Positions 10,422 to 21,703 are shown, counted from the first letter of the stretch. The stretch: DNA of 64,000 nt from an uncultured delta proteobacterium (GCA_963850305.1 CAWKKR010000006.1:32001-96000); one strand, 5' to 3'. Translations and numbers: made by a program. Notes: generated by a model not told the origin, from the sequence alone.

Positions 10422-10520
10422 GGACGCGCGAGTATCCACCCGTGCCCGCCGGGTTCCAAGGCCCTGACCTGCGGTGCGAGTCCTGAGCGCGGTCAGCGTG
10501 CTAAAGCTTACGAAGCGGTC

Positions 10521-10787
10521 ATGATGGGAGGGGCGTGCCTCGTACTCGGTGCTCTCTGCGTCGGGTGCTCTGGCCAATCGATCGATCAGGCTGCGACCGG
10601 GGGCGCCGGCGGAGTCACTACGAGTCTCCCCAACGTTAACCGGGCCACCGCCTGCAGCCTGACCCCCGACGGTTGGTATTACGACGATGCGGAGAATCCC
10701 AAGTCCGTCGCCCTTTGCCCGGATGCTTGCGACGTCTACACGAAATCCTCTGCGCGACTCGTCTTCCTTGTAGGGTGTAGGGGGTAG
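10521..10787 (+). CDS. Small Cys-containing lipoprotein
   Basis: Lipobox LCVGC, GGAGG linker, GWYYDD...ALCPDAC...LVGC module. Confidence 0.65.
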   Translation: MMGGACLVLGALCVGCSGQSIDQAATGGAGGVTTSLPNVNRATACSLTPDGWYYDDAENPKSVALCPDACDVYTKSSARLVFLVGCRG

Positions 10788-10910
10788 TCGGAACGCGAAT
10801 CGAACGCGAATCCGTGCGTCACGAGGGCGCGGCCGTCACCCCGAGCCATTCCGCGACGAGGTGAGCTGACCGCGAATCAGCCGTCGAGCAACGAGCGAGA
10901 ACTCACGGGC

Positions 10911-11831
10911 TCACTCGATGACGAGGCGCGCTCGCTTCTCTTCGGGCGACTCGACCCTGGGGTCCTGGCCGCGGAGCACGCTGTTGCCCTCGAAGAGCTG
11001 GCGCTGATCGACCGGCGCCGGGTTCTTCCAGTCGTCTTCGCGGATCTGGCCGCTCTTGCCGTAGACGGCGAGCGCGTTGTCGTAACAGACGGCGCGCACG
11101 GTGGCTTCGGGCACGCCGCGCTCGAGCATGAGCGCCGCGGTCTTCGGTACGGCGAGCGAATCCGACACGCCCCAGTCGGCGGAGCTGTCGACGATGATGT
11201 TCGTCGCGCCGTACTCCTTTACGATTGCGACCATGCGCTCGTTGCCCATCTTCGTCTTCGGGTAGATGGTGAACGCCGCGAAGAACCCGCGCTTCAAGAC
11301 CTCGGCGACGGTCTCCTCGTTGTTGTGATCGATGACGACCTTGCTCGGGTCGAGCCCGTGCTCGAGCGCGAGGTCCAGCGACCGATACGTTCCTTGCTTC
11401 TTGTTCCGGTGCGGCGTGTGAACGCAGACGGGCAGGTCGACGGTCTTCGCCATCTCGAGCTGCGCCCGGAACACTTTCTCTTCCGCCGCGGTGATGTCGT
11501 CGAAGCCGATCTCCCCGACGGCCACGACGCCCTCTTTGCCGACGTAGCGCGGCAAGAGGTCCTGAAGGACGGCCTCGGCGAGCTCCGCGTCGTTCGCCTC
11601 CTTCGCGTTGAGCCCCATCATGCAATAGTGGCGGATCCCGAACTGGGCCGCGCGGAACCGCTCCCAGCCGACGAGGCTCGCGTAATAGTGCTGGAACGCC
11701 CCCACGTTCGTGCGGGGCTGCCCGACCCAGAACGCCGGCTCGAGCACCGCGACGACGCCCGCCGCCCGGAGCGCCTCGTAGTCCTCGGTCGTCCGGGCCT
11801 GCATGTGGATGTGCGGGTCGATGAACTGCAT
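10911..11831 (-). CDS. TatD-family hydrolase, EboB-like
   Basis: DPHIH, EPAFWVGQPRT, WERFRAAQFGIRHYC, GEIGFD, HTPHRNK, DHNNE and SSADWG motifs typical of the ebo-operon TatD subfamily. Confidence 0.88.
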   Translation of the reverse strand: MQFIDPHIHMQARTTEDYEALRAAGVVAVLEPAFWVGQPRTNVGAFQHYYASLVGWERFRAAQFGIRHYCMMGLNAKEANDAELAEAVLQDLLPRYVGKEGVVAVGEIGFDDITAAEEKVFRAQLEMAKTVDLPVCVHTPHRNKKQGTYRSLDLALEHGLDPSKVVIDHNNEETVAEVLKRGFFAAFTIYPKTKMGNERMVAIVKEYGATNIIVDSSADWGVSDSLAVPKTAALMLERGVPEATVRAVCYDNALAVYGKSGQIREDDWKNPAPVDQRQLFEGNSVLRGQDPRVESPEEKRARLVIE

Positions 11832-11893
11832 GACCGGGACGATAGGGCGACTCGGCGTCGCCCACCACGTCGATCAGGCGGTGCGACCCGTCG

Positions 11894-13959
11894 CTAAAGC
11901 GACTGGAGGTAGGCGATCAGGTCGCTGATCTCCGCGGGCGCCAGCTGCGACGTGGTGCCGTGCGCGTTGCCGCCGCCGATGGCCGGGTCGAAGCGATCGG
12001 CGAGCGTCGCGGCGCGGCCGTCGTGTAGGAACGGAGCGCGGTAGCCGACGCCGTGCAACGACGGAACCTGGATCGGGTGAGAAGCGTCGGTGGTCCCGAC
12101 GACGAGGCTCTGGTTGTTCGTCAGGCTCGTCCCCGAGTGGCAGCCGAAGCAACCCACGGCGGGGGAGTTGAACAGGGCCGCACCGCGGACCGCCGCAGGG
12201 TCGTTCGAGTCCACCATCGGCGCGCGGGGACGGAGAGAGAACAGCCAGTTTTGCATCGCCGTCTCCCGGTCCGTGCTCTGAGTCGCGCCGCCCATCCGAC
12301 GCACCATCACTTCCTCGAGGAGCGCGGGGAAGTCCTTCTGGTCGCCGTCCCAGTGGAACGGCTCGGTGCCGGTGAGGCCGACGTCGACGGATTGCGTCCT
12401 CCTCGGCCCGATTCGGGTCGAACTGCCAGACGCGACCGTCCTCCTCGCCCTCGAGATGGCACGATGCGCACGCGATGCCGCCGCCCGCGTCGCGGTGGAA
12501 GAGCTCGTGCCCTGTGTCGAGCATGCTAGGGCCGCCGAGGTCGACGGCGCGTGGAACGCTGTTCATGGGATCTCGGATGAGGAAGAGGGCGGGCGGTTCC
12601 CGTGACTGGGCGACGATCCACACGCCGGTCGCTTTCGCCGCGTCGCTGGTGCACGGGTTGAAGGCGACGGCGATCGTCTGTCCAGGTGGAGAAAACGTGC
12701 TCGTTGGCGACGTACAGCCGGTCGCAGCGCCGCCCCCGACGTCGGGTCCGCCGGTGGGCATGATCGACACCTGACCGAACCCCGAGGCCGCTGGGCCCAG
12801 GGGCGTCACCGGGGCGGCGGGATTCTCGCGTGCCAGCGCTGACGAAGGCCACCCACGCCGCATCCGACGACACGGAGACGTCGACCGTCAGTGGCGGCAG
12901 CGTCAAGGGCATCCCCATGTGGAAGACGCCGTCGGTCCCCAGCCGGCTCAAGCCCGCTTGAACGAGCCCGCCGCAGCCGCCCGGGGGCGCGCCGTAGGGT
13001 GACGTCGAACCGAGCGAGGGGGGGAACGACACACCGTTGTTCGGAGTGGGCGTCGTCCCGTCCACGGTCGTCAAATCGATGACGCCGTCGAACCCGTACT
13101 GGTGCAGCACGTAGACGTTGCCGTCGGGCGATCCCATGGTGCGCCAGGCGCCACCGGGCGAGATGGGGTCCGAGCCAACCGGTCCGAGAAGTGCCCCTGG
13201 TGGGGTGCCGCCGTCGTTGAGCATGGGCCCGGAGAGCACGGTGAAGCCCGGTATTCGCTGGATGGCGTGCGGCGCGACGGACGACGTCACATTGCCGGAG
13301 GCGTCCACCAGGAGCAACTCCGCCGTCTTGAAGCGACTCACGACGAGGCGTCCCGCTTGCACGACCACGTCGCGCAGATCGACCCCGAGGTTCAGCCTGC
13401 GCACCGCGTCGCCGCCCGACGCCGCGAACGTGACGAGCTCTCCGCCGCTGCACGCGACGTGGACCTGATCGAGCACCGGGTCGTACGCGACGCCCCGCGG
13501 CGCGCCGCAGACCGCGCGTCGCGAGAGCACCGCGCCGGAGGCGATGTCGATCGTCACGAGGGCGCCTCCGCGGCGCAGCGCGACGTGCACGCGCCCCGCG
13601 CCGTCCTCGACGACGCGCCCCGGCTCGTCCCCGGGAGTCAGCGTGACCGTGTGCGTCACGGTGCCGCTCGCGAGATCCACGATCAACACACGGTCGCGAT
13701 CCGGGTCCGCGGCCACTGCGGTCAGGCCGTCGTGCGTGACGAGCAGAGTGCCGCCGCTGATGGGGGGCGGGATGGTCGGCGCCGTCACCACGGGCCGCTG
13801 GTCCTCGGCGACCGAGATCACGAACCCCCCGGCGTCGGGCAGTGACGGGATTGCACGGCCATCCGGGCCGCCTGCCGCCGGATACCAGTTGCACCCCCCG
13901 GCCACCGCAGCGGCCATACACACGGACCCGACTCCCACCCATCGCGCCTTCGTCTTCAT
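11894..13959 (-). CDS. Beta-propeller + di-heme cytochrome c (CCP/MauG-like) lipoprotein, broken by two +1 frameshifts (probably sequencing errors)
   Basis: RBS GGGAGA and lipoprotein signal (AGGC); PPPISGGTL...ADPDRD propeller region; CASCH and CFGCH heme motifs in successive frames; PFHWDG and APFLHDG. Span 2066 nt minus 2 nt gives 688 codons. Confidence 0.8.
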
Positions 13960-14283
13960 GTACTTCTCCCTGCGTGATTTCGCTCGGGCTCCTCCAGCAA
14001 AGAGTGGGCCGTCCGCGCCAATACGGCTCAGGGACTCCAGCCCGACGCAGAAAGCCGCTGCAAATGGCCGAACGAGCGATTCGGCCTCCCTCGGCCGCCC
14101 CTCGCCGTACGCACAGTGTGCCTCTGGCACCACACTATCCCGCCGTGAAATTCGGCACAGGGGTGACTGCAGGATCACACCGAGCGGGCGGTCCGGGCAC
14201 CGGCAAGGGCGCTGCCCCCATCCGTCGCGGCTATCGCCGCGCCGACTTCCCCCAACTCGCCTGCTCGCCAAGCCTGCGCGGGC

Positions 14284-15162
14284 TCAGGGGGAAGTCCCCG
14301 TCATCCCCGCTTCCGCCACGGCCTCCCACGTCGGAAACGCGAGCAGGGCACGATCGAGCGCCGACTCATGGACAGCCAGGATGCCCTCGGCGTCGGGATT
14401 GTGCCTCGCCGCGAGCGCGACGGCCGCGCGGTCCACGTCGCTGCCCGTGGCGATCGCATGTTCCAGGTCGAGCAACAGAGGCCCGTCCGCGACGGGACCG
14501 ACGCCGCGCCAGAGCTCCGGCGGCACCGGGCGCTTCGCGGCCCAGCGCTCGTGCGCAAAGTCCGCGAGCTTCCGCGCGAGCGCCAGCGTGATCCGGGAGT
14601 CCAGGCCCTGGACGTGCTGCAGTTTGCATCCGACGAAGAGACACTTGAGGACGAGCTGATCGAACGCGTCCGCGTCCAGCTCCTCGGCAGGGTACGGATT
14701 ACGCAGCGCCACGGCCTCGAAGACGGCCTTCATGTTGGTGCGGAGCCCTTCCGCGGCGCGAGCCCGGTGCTCGTGCGGGTGCGGCAGAAGCGGAAGTGCC
14801 TGATACAGAGCGACCAGCTCTCCGAGCTCCGCGTCGGCGAACAGGCGATCGAGCGTCCGCCGATACGCGTCGAGGTCGTCCGAGGGCAGGGCGAGCACGA
14901 GCCGCGTGCGGGCCGCCTGATCGACGGTCCAGAGCGACGGATCGAAGTCGCGCCGTGCCGCGGCCGCGGCCGCGAGCGCCTCCTTCGACAGAGCGAGATC
15001 CGAGCGCCCGAGCTTCCTCGGCACGACACCGAACGCCAGGAGAAAAGCGGGCCCGTCGCCATTCGTGCGCGCGCTTGCGACGGCCGCGGCGAGCCAGGCG
15101 CGCGTGTCGTTCGACAGCCGCTCGGAGAGCCAGAGGTCCAGCAAATCCGCGGCGGCCAGCAT
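14284..15162 (-). CDS. EboA-domain protein
   Basis: WTVDQAARTRLVL, ELVALYQALPLLP, EGLRTNM..VFEAVALRNPYP, QLVLKCLF and FAHERWAAKRPV motifs. ATG overlaps the metG stop (TGATG). Confidence 0.85.
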   Translation of the reverse strand: MLAAADLLDLWLSERLSNDTRAWLAAAVASARTNGDGPAFLLAFGVVPRKLGRSDLALSKEALAAAAAARRDFDPSLWTVDQAARTRLVLALPSDDLDAYRRTLDRLFADAELGELVALYQALPLLPHPHEHRARAAEGLRTNMKAVFEAVALRNPYPAEELDADAFDQLVLKCLFVGCKLQHVQGLDSRITLALARKLADFAHERWAAKRPVPPELWRGVGPVADGPLLLDLEHAIATGSDVDRAAVALAARHNPDAEGILAVHESALDRALLAFPTWEAVAEAGMTGTSP

Positions 15163-17189
15163 CAATGCACGCGCTGTCCCGGTTTTGCGCCGCCGTCCGG
15201 CGCGAGCAAGAACGACTCGCCCGCGCCGCCGGCCGCGACGACCATGCCTTCGCTCAGCCCGAAGCGCATCTTGCGCGGCTTCAGATTCGCGACGACCACG
15301 ACGAGCCTGTCGACGAGCGACTCCGGCGCGTAGTGGGCCTTGATGCCGGCGAACACCGTGCGCCGCGTCTCGCCGCCGAGGCTCACCGTCAACTTCACCA
15401 GCTTGTCCGCATCGGGCACGGCCTCCGCTGCGACGATCCGCGCGACGCGGAGATCGACCTTCGTGAAGTCGTCGATGGTGCACTCGGGTGCCAGCGGCTC
15501 GGCCGCGAGCGCCGCGCCGTCATCGACCGAGGTACCCCTCGCCGCGCTTTCTTCGACCGTGACGCTGGCGGCCACGACGGCCTCGGCCTTCTTCGGGTCC
15601 ACGCGCTGCATCATATGCGAAAACTCGCGCACTGCGGTACCGACCAGCGGCCTGGTCGCATCGGTCCAGCGCTCGATGGGCGCGGAGAGGAGCTCGCCAG
15701 TTTGCTCCGCGAGCTTCGGCAGGACCGGCGCCAAGTAGACGACGAGCTGCCTGAACAGGTTGAGCGCGACCGAACACACGTCCCGGAGCTCCGCGGCTCG
15801 CTCGGGGTCCTTCTTCAGCGCCCACGGCTGCTTCGTGTCCACGTATTCGTTCGCCCGGTCGGCGAGGGCCATGATGGCGCGCATCGCTCGCGCATTGTCG
15901 CAAGCGTCGTAAGCAGCAGCAATTTCCGGGAGCGAAGCGGCCCCCGCCGCAAAGAGCCCGCCGTCATCTGGATACGCCTCCGCGAGACGGCCGTTCGCGA
16001 CGAACTTCGCGGTGCGGCTCGCGAGATTGACGACCTTGCCGACGAGGTCCGCGTTCACCTTCGCGACGAGCTCAGCGACGTCCAGGTCGAGGTCGTCGGG
16101 CTTTCCGGAGAGCTTGCTCGCGTAGTAGTAGCGAAGGTAAGCGGGGTCCAGGTGTTCCAGGTACGTGGAGGCGTGGATCATCGTCCCCTTCGACTTGCTC
16201 ATCTTGTCGCCGTTCACCGTGAGCATGCCGTGCACCTGGATGCGGCTCGGTAGCGTGAAGCCCGACGCCTGGAGCATCGCCGGCCAGAAGAGCGCGTGGA
16301 AGTAGACGATGTCCTTACCGATGAAGTGGACGATGTCCGTGTCGGGCGAGCGCCAGTAATCGTCGAAGCGCTCGCCGTTCGCGTCGCACCAGGCTTTCGT
16401 GGCCGCCATGTAACCGATGGGCGCGTCGAACCAGACGTACCAGTAGTGTCCGGGAGCGTCGGGGATCTCGAAGCCGAAATACGGCGCGGGCCGCGACACG
16501 TCCCAGTCCCGGAGCGGCTTCGAAAGGAAGTGGCCCTTCAGATAGTTCGCGATGCCCGCGTTCAGGTGGCCCGCGCTCACCCAGCCGTCGAGAAAGTCGT
16601 GGAGCGCCTCGATCGTGACGAACAGATGATTCGCGGAGCGAAGCTCGGGCGTCGTGCCGCTCAGCGTGCTCACTGGATCGATGAGCTCCGCGGGCGTGTA
16701 CGTCGCGCCGCACTTCTCGCACGAGTCTCCGTACTGGTTCGGCGAGCGGCAATTCGGGCACGTCCCTTTCACGAAACGGTCCGCGAGAAACACGCCCTCC
16801 TTCACGTCGAAGAGCTGCTTCACCTCGCGCTCGGCTACGAGCCCCGCCTTGCGGATCGACGCCCAGAGCGTCGCACACAGCGCCCGGTTCTCTTCCGAGT
16901 TCGTGCTTCCGTAGTGGTCGAAGCGGATCTGGAAGCCGGCAAAGTCGCGCTGGTGCGCGGCGTTCATACCGGAGATGAGCTCCGCCTCCGTGCGCCCCTC
17001 CTGACGCGCGCGGATCATCACGGCAGTGCCATGGGTGTCATCGGCGCAGACGTAGACGGCGCGGCGTCCGTTGAGGCGCTGAAATCGCACCCAGATGTCC
17101 GTCTGGATGTACTCGACGAGATGTCCGATGTGGATGGGCCCGTTCGCGTAGGGCAGGGCGCTGGTCACCAGGAGGCGTCGATCGGCCAT
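15162..17189 (-). CDS. metG: Methionine--tRNA ligase
   Basis: [13 protein letters not shown], Zn knuckle [23 protein letters not shown] and a C-terminal tRNA-binding domain. Confidence 0.98.
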   Translation of the reverse strand: MADRRLLVTSALPYANGPIHIGHLVEYIQTDIWVRFQRLNGRRAVYVCADDTHGTAVMIRARQEGRTEAELISGMNAAHQRDFAGFQIRFDHYGSTNSEENRALCATLWASIRKAGLVAEREVKQLFDVKEGVFLADRFVKGTCPNCRSPNQYGDSCEKCGATYTPAELIDPVSTLSGTTPELRSANHLFVTIEALHDFLDGWVSAGHLNAGIANYLKGHFLSKPLRDWDVSRPAPYFGFEIPDAPGHYWYVWFDAPIGYMAATKAWCDANGERFDDYWRSPDTDIVHFIGKDIVYFHALFWPAMLQASGFTLPSRIQVHGMLTVNGDKMSKSKGTMIHASTYLEHLDPAYLRYYYASKLSGKPDDLDLDVAELVAKVNADLVGKVVNLASRTAKFVANGRLAEAYPDDGGLFAAGAASLPEIAAAYDACDNARAMRAIMALADRANEYVDTKQPWALKKDPERAAELRDVCSVALNLFRQLVVYLAPVLPKLAEQTGELLSAPIERWTDATRPLVGTAVREFSHMMQRVDPKKAEAVVAASVTVEESAARGTSVDDGAALAAEPLAPECTIDDFTKVDLRVARIVAAEAVPDADKLVKLTVSLGGETRRTVFAGIKAHYAPESLVDRLVVVVANLKPRKMRFGLSEGMVVAAGGAGESFLLAPDGGAKPGQRVH

Positions 17190-17334
17190 GGCTCGGACGC
17201 TCGACATGCTTCAACGCTGAGCAGATGTCGAGGCCTCAGGAGGTCGCCCGCGCGGAAACGACCAGTTGCGGCTCCCGCCGCGTAGAAAACCTGACGAAAC
17301 ATGGGTGACTCACGGGTCCGCTTCTCTTCGAGGG

Positions 17335-18807
17335 GTGCGATTCGACGACTACGTCACCGACCCCCTGAGCCATTACGACGAAATGTTCGAGGCGTCGGGC
17401 GTCGTCAGACCGCTGTATCGAACGCTTGCCCAGAGGATGGTGGAGGTCCCGACGTCGGAGTTCGAGGCGCGCCAGCGCACCGTCGATCTCCTGCTCCGGA
17501 ACCAGGGGGTCACCTTCACCGTCTACTCGGACAAGGCGGGGATCGAGAAGGTCTTTCCGTTCGATCCGATACCGCGGCTCATCGCCGCCGAAGAGTGGGA
17601 ACGCATCGAGCGTGGGCTCATCCAGCGCACGGAAGCGCTGAACCTGTTTCTCCGCGACATCTACGGCGAGCAGGTCATCCTGCGCGACGGCTTGATCGAT
17701 CCGGAGCTCATCTATGGCGCGAGCTTCTTTCGGCGAGAGATGATCGGGATGCAGCCCCCACGCGGGATCTACACCCACGTCGTGGGGACGGACATCATCC
17801 GGGACACGGACGGCACGTTCCTCGTTCTGGAGGACAACGCGCGGAATCCCAGCGGCGTCAGCTACGTCCTCGAGTGCCGTGAAGTCATGAAGCGGGTCTT
17901 CCGGGTGCTGTTCGAGCATTATGGCGTGCGGCCGGTGGATGATTACGCGGGCTGGCTGCGCGAGGCGCTCGAATACGTCGCGCCGCGCGCGGTCGACGCG
18001 CCGAACGTCGTCGTCCTCACCCCAGGCATCTTCAATTCCGCGTACTTCGAGCACAGTTTTCTCGCCAGGCAGATGGGCGTCACGCTGGTCGAGGGGCGCG
18101 ATCTCGTCATCAAGGACGGCAGCGTCTGCATGCGGACGACGGACGGCCTCCAGCGCGTGGACGTCATTTACCGCCGCATCGACGACGACTTTCTGGACCC
18201 TGTCGTGTTCAAGCCCGACTCGATCCTCGGCTGTCCGGGGCTCTTCGGCGCATACCGGAGCGGCCACGTCGCGCTCGCGAACGCGCCCGGAACGGGAGTC
18301 GCCGACGACAAGGCCATCTACCCGTTCGTGCCGGAAATGATCCGCTACTACATGAGCGAGGAACCGATTCTGCCGAACGTGAAAACGTACATCCTGTCCC
18401 GCGACGAGGACCGGCGGTACGTGCTCGAGCATCTGAACGAGCTCGTCGTGAAGCAAACCGACGCTTCCGGGGGTTATGGCATGCTCATCGGGCCCCACTC
18501 GACCGCCGCCGAGCGCGAGGACTTCAAGCAGCGCATCGTCGCGAGCCCCCGATCGTACATCGCGCAACCGACGATCAGCCTCGGACGTCACCCGACGGTC
18601 GTCGACGGGCAGCTCGACGGACGATGCGTGGATCTTCGGCCGTACATCATCTACGGAGAGAAGATCCGCGTCATCCCCGGCGGGCTCACGCGCGTCGCAC
18701 TCAGGAAGGGCTCTCTGGTCGTGAACTCGAGTCAGGGCGGCGGGTACAAGGACACTTGGGTCCTCGCCGGTGAAGGCGGAACGGCCGCACCGGAGGCAAA
18801 AGCCTGA
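17335..18807 (+). CDS. Circularly permuted type 2 ATP-grasp protein
   Basis: [60 protein letters not shown] and [12 protein letters not shown] start at 17335 inferred; ORF is open from 17266. Confidence 0.93.
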   Translation: MRFDDYVTDPLSHYDEMFEASGVVRPLYRTLAQRMVEVPTSEFEARQRTVDLLLRNQGVTFTVYSDKAGIEKVFPFDPIPRLIAAEEWERIERGLIQRTEALNLFLRDIYGEQVILRDGLIDPELIYGASFFRREMIGMQPPRGIYTHVVGTDIIRDTDGTFLVLEDNARNPSGVSYVLECREVMKRVFRVLFEHYGVRPVDDYAGWLREALEYVAPRAVDAPNVVVLTPGIFNSAYFEHSFLARQMGVTLVEGRDLVIKDGSVCMRTTDGLQRVDVIYRRIDDDFLDPVVFKPDSILGCPGLFGAYRSGHVALANAPGTGVADDKAIYPFVPEMIRYYMSEEPILPNVKTYILSRDEDRRYVLEHLNELVVKQTDASGGYGMLIGPHSTAAEREDFKQRIVASPRSYIAQPTISLGRHPTVVDGQLDGRCVDLRPYIIYGEKIRVIPGGLTRVALRKGSLVVNSSQGGGYKDTWVLAGEGGTAAPEAKA

Positions 18808-19736
18808 TGCCGATGCTGAGCCGGGTTGCGGATTCGCTCTACTGGATGGGGCGATACCTGGAGCGGGCCGAGCACATGGCGCGGCTCCTGGAAGTGACGC
18901 GCGATCTGCTGGTCGATCTGAACGAGGTGGACCCCGAAGGGGCTGCCTCCCAATGGCAAGCGACGGTCACCACACTCGCCGTTCCCGACGTCGGCGTCGA
19001 GGCGATCGTATTCGATCGACAGGAGCCGACGTCGCTCGTGTCCTGCATCATGCTCGCGCGCGAGAACGCGCGGCAGGTGCGGGAAGTCATAGCCGGCGAG
19101 ATGTGGGAACAGCTGAACGAGGCGTACTGGTGGCTGCAGGAATCACGCTCGCAGGGACACGTCGAGGGGCGTCTCGCCCAGGCTTTGACGCATGTCCAGA
19201 CCGCGAGCTTCGCATGGGATGGCGTCACGGATACATCCATGCGGCGCGGGGAGGATTGGCTGTTCCTGAAGCTCGGCAAGTACGTCGAACGAACGGATCG
19301 GTTGAGCCGCACGATCGGCACTCGCATCGCGGCACGTCAGCGAGCCTCGTCGGAGTTCTCGGCCACGAGCTCACAAGAGAACGTCATGTGGATCACGCTG
19401 CTCAAGAGCGCAGGGGCTCTCGAGGAGCATCGGAAGGCGTATCCGACGCGCGTGGACGCGAAGAGCGTGCTCGAGTTCCTCGTATTCGATGGGGAATTCC
19501 CCCGCGCGGTCCGGTTCGGCACGCGCGTCGCGTTCGAGTTTGCGCAGCGGCTCTCGGCGCTCCACGCGAGCCCGGACGACGCGGTGGTGCGCGCCTTCGG
19601 CAAGCTGTCGTCGCGCCTCGAATACTCGGACGTGAACGAGCTCGTCGATCAGGGCGTCCCCGCGTTCCTGAAGGGCGTCCTCGAGCAAACGACGCTCGCG
19701 AGCTCCCTGCTCGCGCGTAAATATTTTCTCCAGTAG
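18807..19736 (+). CDS. Alpha-E domain protein (DUF403)
   Basis: MLSRVADSLYWMGRYLERAE, ARENAR, LGKYVER and FPRAV. Overlaps the upstream stop. Confidence 0.92.
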   Translation: MPMLSRVADSLYWMGRYLERAEHMARLLEVTRDLLVDLNEVDPEGAASQWQATVTTLAVPDVGVEAIVFDRQEPTSLVSCIMLARENARQVREVIAGEMWEQLNEAYWWLQESRSQGHVEGRLAQALTHVQTASFAWDGVTDTSMRRGEDWLFLKLGKYVERTDRLSRTIGTRIAARQRASSEFSATSSQENVMWITLLKSAGALEEHRKAYPTRVDAKSVLEFLVFDGEFPRAVRFGTRVAFEFAQRLSALHASPDDAVVRAFGKLSSRLEYSDVNELVDQGVPAFLKGVLEQTTLASSLLARKYFLQ

Positions 19737-19759
19737 AAGCGAACCCAGGAGCGAACACC

Positions 19760-20752
19760 ATGCTCTTCGAAATCCAGCACCGGACCGAGCTCACGTATTC
19801 CCACCGGATCAGCGAGTCCGTGATGGAGGTGCGGCTGACGCCGCGATCGGACTCGCACCAGACGCTCCGGCGCTTCAACATCGTCGTCGGTCCGGACGCG
19901 CGGGTCTCGAGCCACGTGGACTGGCAGGGGAACCCGGTCCATCAGTTCTCCGTGGTGGCCTTTCACGATCGCGTCGTCATCGTTTCGACCGCGACGGTGG
20001 AAACGCACCCGCCGCGCATCGAGCTCGCTCGGGTCGAGGATCTGCGCGCCACGCCGCGCTCGCATCGGCTGATGGACTTTCTGGCCTTTCACGGCCCGGT
20101 CCAGCGCGACCCGCGGGTTCTGGAGCTCGCCGAACGCATCCGTCTTTACGACCAGCCGCGCGCGGCCGATGCCGTGCTGCTCGTCACCGAAGCCGCCCGC
20201 GACGCGCTCTCGTACAAAAAGGGAGTCACGAATGCCCTGACCACGCTCGCGGAAGCCCTCGATCAGGGTGCTGGCGTCTGCCAGGACTTCGCGCACTTGG
20301 GTATCGCGCTCCTCCGTCTGGTCGGGGTGCCGTGCCGGTACGTCTCGGGTTACCTCTACCGTTCGGACCTCGCGGAGGTGGAAACGCACGCGTGGTGCGA
20401 AGCGTTCATCCCCTCGGTCGGATGGTTCGGTCTCGACCCGACGCACGGCGAGCTCGTGGGGGATCGCCACGTGGCCGTCGCCGCGGGCCGCAGCTACGCG
20501 GACGTCCCTCCGAACCGAGGCGTCTACCGCGGCGAGGCAGAGGAAAAGATCGCCGTCGCCGTCTCGATTCAACCCGTCGATGCGCCGGTTGCGTTTGCGC
20601 CGTTTGCCGCCCCCTTCCACGTGCCGAGCTACGCCGACGCGCCGAACCCGCGATTCCCATCGTCCGGCTATCAGCTCGAACAGCAACAGCAACAGCAGCA
20701 GCAGGACCGGAACAAGGCTCAGGTCCAGCAGCAGCGGCAGCAGCAGCAATGA
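19760..20752 (+). CDS. Transglutaminase-like protein with C-terminal poly-Gln tail
   Basis: N-terminal bacterial transglutaminase domain (IQHRTELTY); triad GVCQDFAH / THAW / DPT; tail QQQQQQQQDRNKAQVQQQRQQQQ. Confidence 0.92.
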   Translation: MLFEIQHRTELTYSHRISESVMEVRLTPRSDSHQTLRRFNIVVGPDARVSSHVDWQGNPVHQFSVVAFHDRVVIVSTATVETHPPRIELARVEDLRATPRSHRLMDFLAFHGPVQRDPRVLELAERIRLYDQPRAADAVLLVTEAARDALSYKKGVTNALTTLAEALDQGAGVCQDFAHLGIALLRLVGVPCRYVSGYLYRSDLAEVETHAWCEAFIPSVGWFGLDPTHGELVGDRHVAVAAGRSYADVPPNRGVYRGEAEEKIAVAVSIQPVDAPVAFAPFAAPFHVPSYADAPNPRFPSSGYQLEQQQQQQQQDRNKAQVQQQRQQQQ

Positions 20753-20809
20753 GCGGCATTCCAGGTCAGGCAGAACCTGTGGGTCGGTCCCCAACCGCCA
20801 TGCCTTCGT

Positions 20810-21682
20810 TCAGGCTTCCGCGACGTCGACGCTGACCTGGAGCGTATGGTGGCCGCCGCCGAGAATGACGCCCTTCACGGGGCTCACGTCGCCGAAATCG
20901 CGGCCCCACGCGACGGTAACGTGCTCGTTCGTGGGGATGGATCCATTGGTCGGGTCGAGATCGACATAGCCGAAGCCCGGACAATAGATCGACAGCCATG
21001 CGTGGGAGGCATCGGCGCCCGTGAGGCGCGGCTTGCCGGGCGCAGGACGCGTGCGCAGGTAGCCGCTCACGTATCGAGCGGGCAGACCGAGGCTCCGGAG
21101 CATTGCGATCTCGAGATGCGCGAAGTCCTGACACACACCGTGGCGGGTGCGCATCACCTCGGCGAGGGGCGTGGCGATGGACGTCGTTCCCTGTTCGTAG
21201 TCGAAGTCTCGGTGGATGCGCTTCGTGAGATCGAACGCCGCGTCCAGCACCGGGCGGCCCGGGTAGAATGATTCCGCCGCGTACGCCGTGAGGTCAACGT
21301 CCTGCCGGACATAAGGGGACTCACAGGTGTAGCCGAAGGCTTCGAGGCCGCTCTTCGAACGGTCGCGGCGTACGGCCGCGAACACGGCTTCCCACGCAGG
21401 TGTGAGCCCGAAGGCGGGAGCGGGCACGCCATCAACGTCCACGTCGCTCACCGCCGTGACGGAGAGCTGCGAGTGGCTCTCCTCGAGCGAAAAGAAGTGC
21501 ACGGTGTTGCCGAAATAATCGACGTCCGTCACGAGCGCGGCAGGGGAGGGTTCCACGAGTACCTGCGTTCGCTCCGCCACCTGCCCTGCGGTACGCCGCG
21601 GCGTCACGCGCGCCTCGTTGTGCGAGACCGAAACGGCGTCTTCGTACGCGTACTGCGTCGTGTGCGTGACTCGATAGCGCAT
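20810..21682 (-). CDS. Transglutaminase-like protein
   Basis: YRVTHTTQYAY, DYFGN, GVCQDFAH, SHAW, DPTN and GRDFGDVSP. Confidence 0.93.
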   Translation of the reverse strand: MRYRVTHTTQYAYEDAVSVSHNEARVTPRRTAGQVAERTQVLVEPSPAALVTDVDYFGNTVHFFSLEESHSQLSVTAVSDVDVDGVPAPAFGLTPAWEAVFAAVRRDRSKSGLEAFGYTCESPYVRQDVDLTAYAAESFYPGRPVLDAAFDLTKRIHRDFDYEQGTTSIATPLAEVMRTRHGVCQDFAHLEIAMLRSLGLPARYVSGYLRTRPAPGKPRLTGADASHAWLSIYCPGFGYVDLDPTNGSIPTNEHVTVAWGRDFGDVSPVKGVILGGGHHTLQVSVDVAEA

Positions 21683-21703
21683 GGGATTCTCTCCGCCCGC
21701 GGC

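Noticed and set aside
11894..13959. Programmed frameshifting or true pseudogene status for the broken genes
   Set aside because: No slippery heptamer or homopolymer at the junctions and no other decay seen; sequencing error is more parsimonious, though unproven.
13960..14283. Possible sigma54 promoters (GGCAC) here and at 1-142
   Set aside because: GG-N10-GC spacing was not met in the candidates I checked.
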